64,000 nt of DNA from an uncultured virus (IMG/VR IMGVR_UViG_3300027971_000050) (IMGVR_UViG_3300027971_000050); one strand, 5' to 3'; positions 51,979 through 62,350 are shown, counted from the stretch's first letter. The notes: generated from the letters alone by a model not told the origin. Numbers and translations: made by a program.

Positions 51979-54584
51979 CAGCGTCTTCCGTCTGGTCTGA
52001 TGTCAATGCGGGGAGCGCCAAGCTGCCATGTCGTACCAATTTGGTTGGATAAAATCTTCAGCGACATTTGACGACCACGAACCCTTGTGTAGATCTGCCC
52101 TGTGAACTGATCCACTGTGTATGTACCGACACGGTCTACGTTAGCGTAGCTAACACCGCCAACAGACTGATTACCTGATTCAACTGGATCGTTGTAACCA
52201 GAACCTGAGTTTTGAAGCGGCAGTAAGTACATTGTGACTTGCGGAGTCTCCCCTGTAGTAGACGACCCACGGAAGGTAAGGTCAGGCACGATACGCCAGA
52301 CAAACCCAAAGTTGTGTCCATCCCCAATGTCGTACTGCGATGAGGTGATGTATGCTTCAATTGGTAGCGTTGTGCTGGTGGTGTTGTCGTCAATACCGTA
52401 TTCATGGTAGACCAAGTTGTAGCTGTACGTGGCGGCAAGCGGGTAGTTAGTCAGCCCAAAATCCAGCCATGCAGTCCTGCCCATTGAGCCGTAGTACCAC
52501 ACATCTTCCACGTAGTTATACACAACGTAACGATCAAGCACTGCTGAATCAGCGGTACAGTAAAACCACCAAACCTCATTAAAGCCTTCGTTTGTTCCGG
52601 CAAAGAACTGCGCCTGTTGGTCAAGGTTGATATCGCTGTAAATGAACTGGCGCAAGTCACAGCGTAGCGTGGAAACTCGACCGTCATATTTATAAAACTT
52701 GTCTACGCCCATCCAGTAAACAATGCCAGACGCAATGATGGCAGTGTTATACCCCGCAATAGATACGTTATCTCCAAGAAGCTGAGTACCCCAGACATAG
52801 GGTGGGCCAAGGTACTGAAGTGAATAAAGTGATGTATCTGTAAAAACAACAATCTCTTGGCGCGTTTGCACAGCCGTCAAGATTTGAGAACCATGAGACA
52901 GACGCAAATAACCCGCTTGGTTGGTAACTGCCGGAGTCCAATTAACCACAGATTCCTGATCTGTCCACCGGATCAACATTGGATCTATCGTTGGATCTGT
53001 TGCTCCGTAAACCGAACACCCAAAGGCAATGGTGAAACGGCTGGCATCTGACACCATTACAAAATTAGCGTAGGTTGGCACATTGGATGCGCCGCCAAGA
53101 GCACTTACAGGTATTCCGTTTGGCGCAAGGTAATGTGTTCCAGACTGCGTCCCAGAAAGCGTAATTATCGTAGGAATGGCTGCTATTGCGTTAGCATATG
53201 TGGTGGCAAGTTTAAAAGTGCTTCCAGAAATGCTGGTTGCAAAATAAGTAGTGCCGATAGTTAAGCCTGTTGGTAAAGTTCCTGTGGATGTCAACACAAC
53301 GGCTGTTCCAACCACAAGTGTGCCGCTAACTAGCGTAAATGTGCTTGTGGCAATTGTTACGGTGAACTGAGAGGGCGTTACGCCAATTGCAGCGTTCCAG
53401 TAGTACAACGGGCCACCACGATAGCCGTATATCAAATCCTGTCCAAAGTTGTTTTGATACCAGAGCCGTAGTTTTCTTGTGCCCGATTGACCTGAACCCC
53501 AAGCGCCTTTGCCCCAACCACCAGCGCCCCATCCTGTAATAGGTTGTGCTGTTTCTGCGCCAACAGGGATTTGATACGCAGCATTCACATTACCGCCGTT
53601 ACCTGTGTCATAGGTTCCGGCAGTAACAGCTGTGTATATGAGGTAGTTATTTACGCCTGTTACAACTACTGGATAAGATGTGTTCAAAATATCCGCCGTC
53701 ATCCCGCTGTTTACATACAGCGAAAATGTGCCTGACCCAGCACTTGAAGTTACAACAGGTGCTCCGTTTGGAGATAGCGCAAAAGTGACTGTAGTGCCAG
53801 AAACAACGTTGATGTAATACATTGCGCCAGCAACTAAACCTGTTGGCAATGTTCCAGAAGAAGACAACACAACCGGTGTGTTGGCTGCTAAAGCTGTTGT
53901 AAGTATGAAGTTTGTTGTTGTCGAACGCGTAAACGTCTGTCTACTAAGCGCATACGATCCTGAAAAGTTAGCAAAATCTCCAGTGGTGCAGCCGTTACTT
54001 GCGCTGGTCACGTTAACCGTATTAGATGTTATGCTGTGTGTACCGCCCTGCGTACCACTGGTATTGATTGCTTGGCCGCCATAGGTTAAAGATAGCTTAC
54101 AAGTTAAGCCAGATGTGCCAATAACGTAGTATGTTTGCCCTGCCACCAAACCCGTGGGCAGTGTTCCAGTAGTTGATAAGACAACCTGCATGCCGTCAGT
54201 TACGGCTGAAGTAAATGTCAACACCGCAGGTGACGCAATTGTCACTGTAAAGTTTTGTGGGGGGTACGCTTTGAAAGGGCCAGAAAGCGCAGGCGAATAC
54301 AAACGTATGGGGGTCACGTCGTTATATGCCCCAGCCGCTTCAATGTAAAACTTTAAATGCGTACCAACGCCAACATACGTAATTCCAGCAAGAGATGCCC
54401 ATGACCACAATGAGCGGCAAGTGCCTTCATATGTGTAAGAAGAGATACGGCTCCAACCACCAATTTTCTCAGGCGTACCTTGGCGGAAACGAATTTTGTC
54501 ACAGTCATACCACCCACCCTCATTGGTATAACGAGTGTTTTCCTTGTTTACACCGGGTTTAAGCAGTATCTTTTGTAATGGCAT
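51978..54584 (-). CDS. Tail tube/nozzle (P22 gp10-like) protein with three inserted repeats
   Basis: KPGVNKENTRY...RFRQG.PEKIGGW; IRWTDQE; C-terminal RVRGRQ...DIRPDGRR. Confidence 0.7.
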   Translation of the reverse strand: MPLQKILLKPGVNKENTRYTNEGGWYDCDKIRFRQGTPEKIGGWSRISSYTYEGTCRSLWSWASLAGITYVGVGTHLKFYIEAAGAYNDVTPIRLYSPALSGPFKAYPPQNFTVTIASPAVLTFTSAVTDGMQVVLSTTGTLPTGLVAGQTYYVIGTSGLTCKLSLTYGGQAINTSGTQGGTHSITSNTVNVTSASNGCTTGDFANFSGSYALSRQTFTRSTTTNFILTTALAANTPVVLSSSGTLPTGLVAGAMYYINVVSGTTVTFALSPNGAPVVTSSAGSGTFSLYVNSGMTADILNTSYPVVVTGVNNYLIYTAVTAGTYDTGNGGNVNAAYQIPVGAETAQPITGWGAGGWGKGAWGSGQSGTRKLRLWYQNNFGQDLIYGYRGGPLYYWNAAIGVTPSQFTVTIATSTFTLVSGTLVVGTAVVLTSTGTLPTGLTIGTTYFATSISGSTFKLATTYANAIAAIPTIITLSGTQSGTHYLAPNGIPVSALGGASNVPTYANFVMVSDASRFTIAFGCSVYGATDPTIDPMLIRWTDQESVVNWTPAVTNQAGYLRLSHGSQILTAVQTRQEIVVFTDTSLYSLQYLGPPYVWGTQLLGDNVSIAGYNTAIIASGIVYWMGVDKFYKYDGRVSTLRCDLRQFIYSDINLDQQAQFFAGTNEGFNEVWWFYCTADSAVLDRYVVYNYVEDVWYYGSMGRTAWLDFGLTNYPLAATYSYNLVYHEYGIDDNTTSTTLPIEAYITSSQYDIGDGHNFGFVWRIVPDLTFRGSSTTGETPQVTMYLLPLQNSGSGYNDPVESGNQSVGGVSYANVDRVGTYTVDQFTGQIYTRVRGRQMSLKILSNQIGTTWQLGAPRIDIRPDGRR

Positions 54585-54586
54585 TT

Positions 54587-54928
54587 TTAACCCACGTTAC
54601 GTTCAAAGTGAGGGCAATCTACCAGATTGGAAAAGTTTCCGCCCCAGCGGTTCTTGGTGTGCAGTGACTCCCAATATACTCCCAGCGGCGCAATGGTTGC
54701 CTTATCCCAGATTATCTTCCCATCCTTAAAGAAGTTCAAGTCTATGGCGCAACGCTTTAGGTGTATAGAGTTCATGGTCTTGGAGCGACCTGTCTTGAAG
54801 TAAATGGCTTGCTGTTCAGGTGTACGGGCAAGTTCCCCGCCTGTGACAACGAAACCTTGCTCTGTGGCGTACTGAATCAGTTTACACATGTCCAACAGGA
54901 ATGCGGCTTGTTCTGTGTTTAAACTCAT
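54587..54928 (-). CDS. Endolysin, peptidase M15 family
   Basis: RTPEQQ, SIHLKRCAIDL, WGGNF...DCPHFE. Confidence 0.85.
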   Translation of the reverse strand: MSLNTEQAAFLLDMCKLIQYATEQGFVVTGGELARTPEQQAIYFKTGRSKTMNSIHLKRCAIDLNFFKDGKIIWDKATIAPLGVYWESLHTKNRWGGNFSNLVDCPHFERNVG

Positions 54929-55434
54929 TTCTTCCTCATTTCTGCCAGTTTCTCAACTGTGCGTCCACCAAAGTATGCGCCCATGATAAGCATTCCCCAG
55001 TTGCCGAGCAGTGTGACGTATGACTCATTAGCGTTATAGCCGAACGCAGACATCATGGCAAACAGGAAATATCCCAAAAAAATGGCAATTAAGCTCATGG
55101 GGCGGATGTTCTTGGACAGCCAGCTATCACTGCTCATGTCCGCTTCCCAGCGGTTTGTGATGTTGTCGGCGTCGTTTTGAGCGGCCTTTGCCAGAAGATC
55201 AAGTTCAGCCAATTCCATCTTGGCTTTCTCAATACCCAACTCAAGGAGCTTTTCCTCATGGGCAAACTGCAACTCCCGCAACTTGGCAACATCTTCTGCG
55301 CTGGGGTTATCAGGAATCTTCACGCCAAGCGTGTTCTCAACCACCTCTTTGCCTTTGGCTTGGATGGCGCTAGATAGTAACCCTAGTCCGTTTTGGGCAA
55401 GGCTACCGAGGAGGGTTGCGATTATTGGAATCAT
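54925..55434 (-). CDS. Holin (3TM-type)
   Basis: DSWLSKNIRP, hydrophobic helices, YFGGRTVEK; probable start MIPIIA at 55434. Confidence 0.75.
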   Translation of the reverse strand: MIPIIATLLGSLAQNGLGLLSSAIQAKGKEVVENTLGVKIPDNPSAEDVAKLRELQFAHEEKLLELGIEKAKMELAELDLLAKAAQNDADNITNRWEADMSSDSWLSKNIRPMSLIAIFLGYFLFAMMSAFGYNANESYVTLLGNWGMLIMGAYFGGRTVEKLAEMRKK

Positions 55435-55585
55435 CTCTTTCCTTTCTTTCAAGCTCTCGCCTGAGTTTCTCTACCTTTTCTACCTGCGCTTTGACCTCAT
55501 GCTTGGCTTCCAGAATATCCAGATACAGCATACCCAAAAGAGGTAGCATCAAACCCACCAAAATCAAAGCAGCTACCCAACCCAT
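55403..55585 (-). CDS. Small membrane-anchored lysis-module protein
   Basis: MGWVAALILVGLMLPLLGMLY transmembrane segment plus coiled coil; start overlaps the upstream TAA. Confidence 0.55.
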   Translation of the reverse strand: MGWVAALILVGLMLPLLGMLYLDILEAKHEVKAQVEKVEKLRRELERKERDDSNNRNPPR

Positions 55586-56265
55586 TACGTCTTCCCCCAT
55601 CGGTTTAAAAGAAGAAGCCACATCCAAACGTACAGGAGGAATATAGAAGTCACGATCAGGTACGCTGACTTTGCCCGAAGGTTTCGTTTTGCCTCCTGCC
55701 GTTGCCATTGCTTGTACCTCTGCTGTGCTTCTTGTTTCAACCTTGCCTGTTCCTGCTCCTGACCAATGATTTCCCGCATCTCAAACACTCTGCTGTACAG
55801 CGCCCCAAGCTCAGGCGGGGATTGGTACACCATCGTTTCTCTGACCGTTACTATCAGTTCTGCCATCTGCTGCTGCGCCATCACTCTTTGCAACGCAGCT
55901 TCCATCAAGTTGGCCTCTGGGTCATAGACGTTTCTGGACTTCTCTTCTGCCTCCCGAATGTGCGTTGCTAACTGCTCTTCAAGCCTGAACAGCTTTGTAA
56001 GCTGACTGACAATGTCTGCCATGACTTGGGTTTCGTCAACGGCAACGAACTTCTCCTTCTTTTTCTCCACAGGCTTGGACGGGGCTGGGTCTGTTCCAAA
56101 CAGCTTTTGCCAAAAACTCCGAACCTGCTTTGCATCTGAGACAATTTCATCGACAGTCTTCTTAACTTCCATGAAAGAAGTTTTAGCGTCCTTGTACAGC
56201 TTGCATCCTTGCTTAATAGCAGCAACACAAGCATTTGCGGCAAAGAGAATACTGATCGGATCAAT
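55585..56265 (-). CDS. Coiled-coil protein with C-terminal TM; probable ATT start
   Basis: Frame is open upstream of the called ATG (56172) as IDPISILFAANACVAAIKQGC; GAGGTG precedes ATT at 56265; in-frame TGA two codons upstream. Confidence 0.6.
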   Translation of the reverse strand: MDPISILFAANACVAAIKQGCKLYKDAKTSFMEVKKTVDEIVSDAKQVRSFWQKLFGTDPAPSKPVEKKKEKFVAVDETQVMADIVSQLTKLFRLEEQLATHIREAEEKSRNVYDPEANLMEAALQRVMAQQQMAELIVTVRETMVYQSPPELGALYSRVFEMREIIGQEQEQARLKQEAQQRYKQWQRQEAKRNLRAKSAYLIVTSIFLLYVWMWLLLLNRWGKT

Positions 56266-56273
56266 TTTTCACC

Positions 56274-56894
56274 TCATGTCCATGAAATGTAAACAACGCC
56301 ATTTGTACCGGCAACACCATTTGGACTGGCATAGTACCCTGGGCCACCATTACCACCAGTGCCATATGTATTGCCGTTTACAGAAACACCTGCGCCGCCA
56401 GCATAACTACTGCTGTTCCATGATCCTGCGTTTCCGCTTGGAGTGCCTGCTGCTCCGCGGCTTGTAACGTTGTTTGGGTTACCTCCACCACCGCCTTCAT
56501 TGTGATAAGTGCCGTTTTGTCCTCCGCCAGCACTAGCAGCGCCAAATGTTGTAGCCGATCCATCTTGTCCATTCCATCCACCAAACCCAACCCCTGAATT
56601 TGGGCCGCCAGCGCCTACAGAATATGCAATAACTTGGCCCGGAGTTACAGTAAGTGTTTGATTTAATAATTTGCCACCACTACCCGCGCCGCCGCCTGAG
56701 TATGGATATGCATATCCGTAATCTGTATTTCCAGCCGTGTATCCACCGCCACCACCGCCACCACCGCCAACAATACTGTATGTTATGGACACTATTCCTA
56801 CAGGAACTGTAAAATTGCCAGAACCGCTGGTGTACGTAACCGATCCGGGAGCTGCTCTTGCTACGGTAAAAAGACTGTTTATAGCGGCGAACAT
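56274..56894 (-). CDS. Glycine-rich tail fibre-like protein
   Basis: SGNFTVP.G...VGGGGGGG...VTPGQ...VGAGG; start MFAAINS overlaps the upstream TAA. Confidence 0.7.
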   Translation of the reverse strand: MFAAINSLFTVARAAPGSVTYTSGSGNFTVPVGIVSITYSIVGGGGGGGGGYTAGNTDYGYAYPYSGGGAGSGGKLLNQTLTVTPGQVIAYSVGAGGPNSGVGFGGWNGQDGSATTFGAASAGGGQNGTYHNEGGGGGNPNNVTSRGAAGTPSGNAGSWNSSSYAGGAGVSVNGNTYGTGGNGGPGYYASPNGVAGTNGVVYISWT

Positions 56895-57280
56895 TATGGT
56901 GTAAATCCTTGAGAATAAGAACCATACCAGTTTGTACCATCGCTCATAAATGTCAAAATATCCATCTTTCCAGCGGTGACTGTGATTGTGGGAGCGCCAA
57001 CAACCCCCCACTTAACGCTTGTAAATGTGGCTGATCCGTTTCCTGTCGCCGCCGCTTGTTTAAGCAAAAGCACGAAAGATGAACCCGCAACCGCAGTAGG
57101 CATTGTGAATACGCAGGCAGTTGAAGCTGTCAACGTTGCAGTTTGAAATGTCCCACTTGTCAATGAAAGTGTGCTGGAAGTTGTAACAGTGCCAAGTGGA
57201 ACAACACCCTCCGTATAAGGGCCACTCATTGCCAGCCCGGGGGTAGATGTTCCAGTTGTTCCGTTGAGTGTAATAGTCAT
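56894..57280 (-). CDS. Tail fibre-associated protein
   Basis: LLLKQ...VKW...APT...DILTF.SDGTNWYG. Confidence 0.65.
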   Translation of the reverse strand: MTITLNGTTGTSTPGLAMSGPYTEGVVPLGTVTTSSTLSLTSGTFQTATLTASTACVFTMPTAVAGSSFVLLLKQAAATGNGSATFTSVKWGVVGAPTITVTAGKMDILTFMSDGTNWYGSYSQGFTP

Positions 57281-57289
57281 TTTTTATCC

Positions 57290-58381
57290 TTAACGAAGTT
57301 CTGATATTGTTACATTGCCTATGTTGCCACTATAAGAATAACTGGCCCCGGGGGGAATAATGGCCGTAGAAGTAACTGCGTACTGTATACTGGCACCAGT
57401 CCAATACGGGGCGCAAGCAACAACACCGTTTACAGTTATAGAACAAGACGCAGTTGCGCCGCTCAAAGACCCGCTTGCTGTAAAAATAATTGGTTTACCG
57501 GTGGTGTTGTAGTAAGTTGTACTCGCTGTTCTAGAAGGATTTTGCCAAGTCTGTCCATAACCAATCGAACTTAAAGCAGTTAATGCTTGACCACCAACAC
57601 CTTGAATAGTTGAGGGCGCAGTAGCCCATGTGCCTGCCGAAGCTTGGGTGCTGTCAATAAAACCGATTACACGAAAAGCCACAGACGTTCTGGCAGATGT
57701 TGAATAAACGGTACTTGCTGATGTTGCGCCTGCGCTAATAGCGGTGGTTGTAAGAAGTGTTGTTTCATCAAGGTTTGTTCCACCTGATATATTGACAACC
57801 GCAAGTTCAATTGTTCCCGCGTTGTTTAAAGCGATCACGACCAATCTAGACTGAACTGCGTTAACTGTTCCCAGTGTGGCAGAAGTAGGCACAACCAAGT
57901 TGGTTGGTGTTCCTGTAACAGTTGTAACAGCGCCGCTACCTAAAGTAGTTGAACGAAAATCCAAAGACAGCGGGGAGGCGGATATGGTTAAAGCGTTGGT
58001 TGCTACCGATGCTGAAATGGGTTGTATTTGTGCTGGAGCACTTGAAAAACCTTTTGATTGCGTATACCAAGTACTATTCGCTGACCTGTATACAAAACTT
58101 GCGGTAGTTCCTGCTAACAATGTTGTCGGCGCACCAACAATACTTTGCCCAGTATTTGAACTAACTGTTACCGTGCTAATTGTTTGTGTTGAACTGAACG
58201 AGATGGTCATGCCATCAACCGGAGCCGCAGGCATTATGATTGTGCCTGATGCCAGCGAACCAGCCGGGTTTATCAAAAGAACAGTTATGCCAGCGGCAAA
58301 TGTATACGAAAAGCCCGTTATCAAGACTTGGTAGTCGTACTGCTGAAGCAGTCCGTTTGTGCCGTCAATTTTGGCTGTCAT
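57290..58381 (-). CDS. Tail fibre protein (paralog of 58670-59563)
   Basis: T/S/A-rich; shared QIQPISASVA...LDFRSTTLGSG module; ends YYNTTGKPI...ELR. Confidence 0.7.
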   Translation of the reverse strand: MTAKIDGTNGLLQQYDYQVLITGFSYTFAAGITVLLINPAGSLASGTIIMPAAPVDGMTISFSSTQTISTVTVSSNTGQSIVGAPTTLLAGTTASFVYRSANSTWYTQSKGFSSAPAQIQPISASVATNALTISASPLSLDFRSTTLGSGAVTTVTGTPTNLVVPTSATLGTVNAVQSRLVVIALNNAGTIELAVVNISGGTNLDETTLLTTTAISAGATSASTVYSTSARTSVAFRVIGFIDSTQASAGTWATAPSTIQGVGGQALTALSSIGYGQTWQNPSRTASTTYYNTTGKPIIFTASGSLSGATASCSITVNGVVACAPYWTGASIQYAVTSTAIIPPGASYSYSGNIGNVTISELR

Positions 58382-58384
58382 GGT

Positions 58385-58657
58385 TTACACCTTTGGGTAT
58401 TTAGCTTTGACCGCCAAGCAGTCGGCTATGTACTTGTCAATCTGCGCTTGATCGCCTTTGACTACACCATCAAGGTAGTCCGCCATAGGAGGATACTCAG
58501 CGGCGCGCTTTTCAGCGTAAGTTAACTCTGGTGGCTTTGGACGTAACTCTTCGGCTTCTTCATCCGTAATCTGAACTGATCCAGCAGGGAGTAGATACTC
58601 GTGGTCAGCTGAATCAAGAAAGTGAACTGTATTGTCTGGTGCTTTGTAGTGTGTCAT
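58385..58657 (-). CDS. Putative tail fibre assembly chaperone
   Basis: ITDEEAEELR...YAEKRAAEYP...CLAVKAKYPK; sits between two fibre genes. Confidence 0.6.
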   Translation of the reverse strand: MTHYKAPDNTVHFLDSADHEYLLPAGSVQITDEEAEELRPKPPELTYAEKRAAEYPPMADYLDGVVKGDQAQIDKYIADCLAVKAKYPKV

Positions 58658-58669
58658 GTTTTTTTCCTT

Positions 58670-59563
58670 TTAACGAAGTTCGTTCCACGATCCAAGTGCT
58701 ATATTATTTGCGGTTACTATATAAGACGCATTTGCTGGAACAATAAAAGTTCCCGAACAGGCAACAGTACCAGAACTATTTTGGCTTTGAGCAAATATAA
58801 ATGCAGTAGCTCCGTTAATTGAGACAGACAAAGACCCAAAATTTCCCACACCAGAACTACCCACAATAACGCAAGTAATTGGTTTACCCGTTGTATTGTA
58901 GTAGGTAGTTGTTAATGCCCTTGTAGGAGCAGAATAAGTCTGCCCATACCCCAAGCTACTCATTGCATTTAAAGCCTGACCACCATAGCCTTGGATAGTT
59001 GATGGCGCTGTAGCCCATGTTCCTGCTGTGGCTTGAGTAGACTCTATGTATCCAATTACACGATATGCAACACTTGTACGGGCAGTTGTAGAGTAAATAA
59101 CGTTTGCGCTATCAGCCGCACCAGCGCCGCCTTCAGCGGTTGTGCTGATAAGGTTTGTTTCATCAAGTTGGTTACCACCACTGATATTGACCGCAGCCAA
59201 TTCAATTGTTCCAGCGTTGTTTAGGGCTAGAACAACAATCCTAGACGCTGTTGCATTCACTGTTCCAAGTGTGGATCCACTTGAAATAACTAAGTTAGCA
59301 GGCGTACCTGAAACGGTCGTCACAGTGCCGCTACCAAGGGTAGTTGAGCGAAAGTCTAAGTTCAATGCCGATGCAGAGATAGTCAGCGCACTAGCCGCCA
59401 CCGATGCAGAAATAGGTTGGATTTGTGATGTTATGTTGTTGGCAAGAGCTATCGTTCCTGATGCTGTCGGCAACGTCAGTGTGTAGTTGCTGGATGTATT
59501 TGGGGATGTAATCGTGAGAATCCCCGTTCCTCCTGCGTTTCCTGATATGGCTACTGAACTCAT
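58670..59563 (-). CDS. Tail fibre protein
   Basis: TLTLPTASGT, the shared module, YYNTTGKPI...WNELR. Confidence 0.7.
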   Translation of the reverse strand: MSSVAISGNAGGTGILTITSPNTSSNYTLTLPTASGTIALANNITSQIQPISASVAASALTISASALNLDFRSTTLGSGTVTTVSGTPANLVISSGSTLGTVNATASRIVVLALNNAGTIELAAVNISGGNQLDETNLISTTAEGGAGAADSANVIYSTTARTSVAYRVIGYIESTQATAGTWATAPSTIQGYGGQALNAMSSLGYGQTYSAPTRALTTTYYNTTGKPITCVIVGSSGVGNFGSLSVSINGATAFIFAQSQNSSGTVACSGTFIVPANASYIVTANNIALGSWNELR

Positions 59564-59572
59564 AGGTATTCC

Positions 59573-60184
59573 TTAAACAATTGACCAGACAGAACCAGAA
59601 GGAACTGTAACTGTAATACCCGTGTTTATTGAAACAGGGCCAAACGTACCTGCGTTTTTGCCATTTGGGATTGTGTAGCTACCAGTAACTGTTAAATCAT
59701 TCTCAAAGAATATTTGGTTACCGGCTGTACCAGATGCGCCACCACCGCCACCTGCCACTTTTACAAAATCGCCAACTGTGTCGTCCCATGCAACCAACGC
59801 TGAACCAGCAGCCTCAATCTCAACACCTGTTGTGTATCCCGAAGAAGTAACAGCACGAACATAAATGCTTGATTGACCGCCGCAGTTATTTACCACAACG
59901 TAAAGCTTACTTCTATTTGGCGCATTGATATAGCGTGTGGTTCCGGCAGTAGGTGTGGTTGTTCCATAGGCAACCAAGATTGCCGACCGCGCTTCGTTAG
60001 AAACACCGCCAGCTGTATCAGTCAACGTCCAATCGGAAGCGGACACATCTTTTGACGAATACCCCGCAATTGCATCATCAAGAAGCTGCGTTAAGGAGGA
60101 ATTGATAATTCCGCCCCATATGTCTTGTAACTCCCCTGTTACGGGGAGTACAAACCCAAGTAGTGAGGTATACGATGAAGACAT
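59573..60184 (-). CDS. Tail/baseplate-like structural protein
   Basis: SYTSLLG..LP.TGE...WG; C-terminal FFEN...GPVSI...VPSGSVWSIV. Confidence 0.6.
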   Translation of the reverse strand: MSSSYTSLLGFVLPVTGELQDIWGGIINSSLTQLLDDAIAGYSSKDVSASDWTLTDTAGGVSNEARSAILVAYGTTTPTAGTTRYINAPNRSKLYVVVNNCGGQSSIYVRAVTSSGYTTGVEIEAAGSALVAWDDTVGDFVKVAGGGGGASGTAGNQIFFENDLTVTGSYTIPNGKNAGTFGPVSINTGITVTVPSGSVWSIV

Positions 60185-60196
60185 GCCGTCCCCCTA

Positions 60197-60889
60197 TTAA
60201 GACCAGTTACCGATTGTTACGTTGGTGGTGCTGTTGGATGCGTTTGTTGCATATACCCTGAAGTATGAACCAACACCAACAACCGCAGCGTTAGCTACAC
60301 CCAAAGACACTTGAGGAATTATTGTGCCAGCCACAGTGACGTTCAGTTGACCTTTGATGAGTGCAAAACCAACTGTATTAACTGAAGCCGTTGCCAGTGT
60401 GGTGTTTGCTGCCGTGTTAAATGTTGCTTGTGTAGCTGTTGCAGTAGCTAAGGTCGCTGTACCTTTTTGAGCTTCTGCCCACCAGCTTTGTGTGTATGTT
60501 GCCGTACCAGCAAAAGCAAAACCAAATGAACCAGAGGTTGAGCTCATGCTGGATAAGCTGAAGAAACACTCAAAGAAATAAGTGCCGACCGGCAAAGTAA
60601 CCTGTCCGTTGGTTGTGTTGTTAAACAGTTTTTGCGCAGCCGTTTGAGAAGTCAGTGTGTAGGCTGTGTTCAACACCACAATCTGCTGAGCAACAATTGT
60701 TCCACGGGTTGATCCAGCTACATCCCCATAAAAAGATGTGCCGTCATACTCAATTGCGCCAGCAACAGGAGTGGTTAAGTTAGTACCTGCCGTCAAGTTG
60801 ATTGGGGCAAGAGTAGCTGTACCCGCCACTATAGAAAGGTTGTTTACACCAGTGATGACGTTTGTTACGCCGTTTACTTGAATAGCCAT
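60197..60889 (-). CDS. Tail fibre-like structural protein
   Basis: GTNLTTPVAGAIEYDG motif; T/A-rich. Confidence 0.6.
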   Translation of the reverse strand: MAIQVNGVTNVITGVNNLSIVAGTATLAPINLTAGTNLTTPVAGAIEYDGTSFYGDVAGSTRGTIVAQQIVVLNTAYTLTSQTAAQKLFNNTTNGQVTLPVGTYFFECFFSLSSMSSTSGSFGFAFAGTATYTQSWWAEAQKGTATLATATATQATFNTAANTTLATASVNTVGFALIKGQLNVTVAGTIIPQVSLGVANAAVVGVGSYFRVYATNASNSTTNVTIGNWS

Positions 60890-60899
60890 GATTGTTCCT

Positions 60900-62339
60900 T
60901 TAGATCAGTGTCCAACTACTTGTGGAAGGGACGGTTACGATTGCAGAAATTGTCAGTGGTGTTACCCACTGTGCGTTGCTGTTGGCTGTGATTGTGTAGT
61001 TGCTTGATATTGTATTAGACTGCTCCAAACCGCCAGCCATATAGTTAGGGGCAGAACCGCCCATGTACAGGTTGTATCGGTTTGTGCCAACAGCTAAGTT
61101 GCCGTAAAAACCATACGCGTTGGTTATTGTGGTTGCGCCCTGTGTACCAATCGTACTTTCAGCGTAGAAACCGGATTGGTTGGTAACTGTTGAACCTGCT
61201 CCGCCTGCTGCCGGGTTTACATAGTTGTGGTGTAGGTTTGTGGCTGTAACAGACGCAGCCAAAGCAACTTGCGAAGTAAATGGGAGCGCTGTTGATGTTA
61301 CATCTGACTGAACAGCGCCATCATTACGCACGCCATAAGCTGTTGTTGCCCCTGTAATATTCTTAGAAACTCTTAAAGAGCTTGCTGTTAGGGTTGAAGC
61401 GCCAATACCAACGTTACTGTTGGTGTCAATAAGCATTGCATCCGTTGCGCTGCTGTTTATTACAAACCGAATGTTGTTTGACCCGATTGTTCCCACAACC
61501 ATGTCAGTGCTTGCGGTTACAAAAAATCCGTATCCGGCTGCGTTAAGAGAACCAGTGCCTGTGTAACCCGATGAGTTGATACCAAAAGCGGCATAGTTTG
61601 TCGATGCTGTTCCGTTATTGTTATAAACAATGAATTCCGCAGATGCCGCAGTACCATTGCTTGTGTTTTGAATAACGTTTTGAAAGTAGCTGTTTACGCT
61701 GGTTTGTGCAGACTGAACAACACCTGTGTCAGAAAAACCCAAAGTGCCGTAATTAAACGCTCCTTTGTTAGTCGATGTAGTGGTGTCTTGTGTTGTGTTA
61801 ACAGATGTGAAAGACGCTGTACCACCGCTAATTGTTGGGGTGTTTATAGTAGGGCTGTTTAATACTACGTTTGTAAATGTTCCATCAACTACTGATGGTG
61901 CAGCAATAGTCGGAGTAGTAAGCGTAGCATTAGTAAATGTGCCGCCACTCACCACAGGCGAACCTATTGTTGGTGAGTTTATGACCAACGCCCCGTTTGG
62001 AGATACAGCCCCGCCAGTTGTGTCTAAATAAACTGCCTTTTCAGATGGCTGCGTAATGATTACCGTTTTTGTACCGGAAGTGAAATTAACTAGCGCGTTT
62101 GCACTTGAAGAAGATAAGACAGTGGTTCTTGCAAGACTGTTTGTTGCAACAGTATATGTTCCAACCCCAACTTCCCACTGTCCGCCAGCTGTCGCAATCA
62201 TTGCGTAGTAGGTAGTGCTGCCGTCTGCTAAGACGGAACTAAAAGAAGAAAACCCAGTAGCAGCGCCACCAAAATAAATACTACCTGTACCTGAGGTAGT
62301 GGTTGTTTCTCTAACGCGGTCTGCAAGTATGAGTGCCAT
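60900..62339 (-). CDS. Tail fibre-like structural protein
   Basis: Start MALILADRVRETTTTSGTG at 62339 with AAGGA RBS; WEVGVGTY; LTTPTI-type repeats. Confidence 0.7.
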   Translation of the reverse strand: MALILADRVRETTTTSGTGSIYFGGAATGFSSFSSVLADGSTTYYAMIATAGGQWEVGVGTYTVATNSLARTTVLSSSSANALVNFTSGTKTVIITQPSEKAVYLDTTGGAVSPNGALVINSPTIGSPVVSGGTFTNATLTTPTIAAPSVVDGTFTNVVLNSPTINTPTISGGTASFTSVNTTQDTTTSTNKGAFNYGTLGFSDTGVVQSAQTSVNSYFQNVIQNTSNGTAASAEFIVYNNNGTASTNYAAFGINSSGYTGTGSLNAAGYGFFVTASTDMVVGTIGSNNIRFVINSSATDAMLIDTNSNVGIGASTLTASSLRVSKNITGATTAYGVRNDGAVQSDVTSTALPFTSQVALAASVTATNLHHNYVNPAAGGAGSTVTNQSGFYAESTIGTQGATTITNAYGFYGNLAVGTNRYNLYMGGSAPNYMAGGLEQSNTISSNYTITANSNAQWVTPLTISAIVTVPSTSSWTLI

Positions 62340-62350
62340 GTTTTTCCTTT

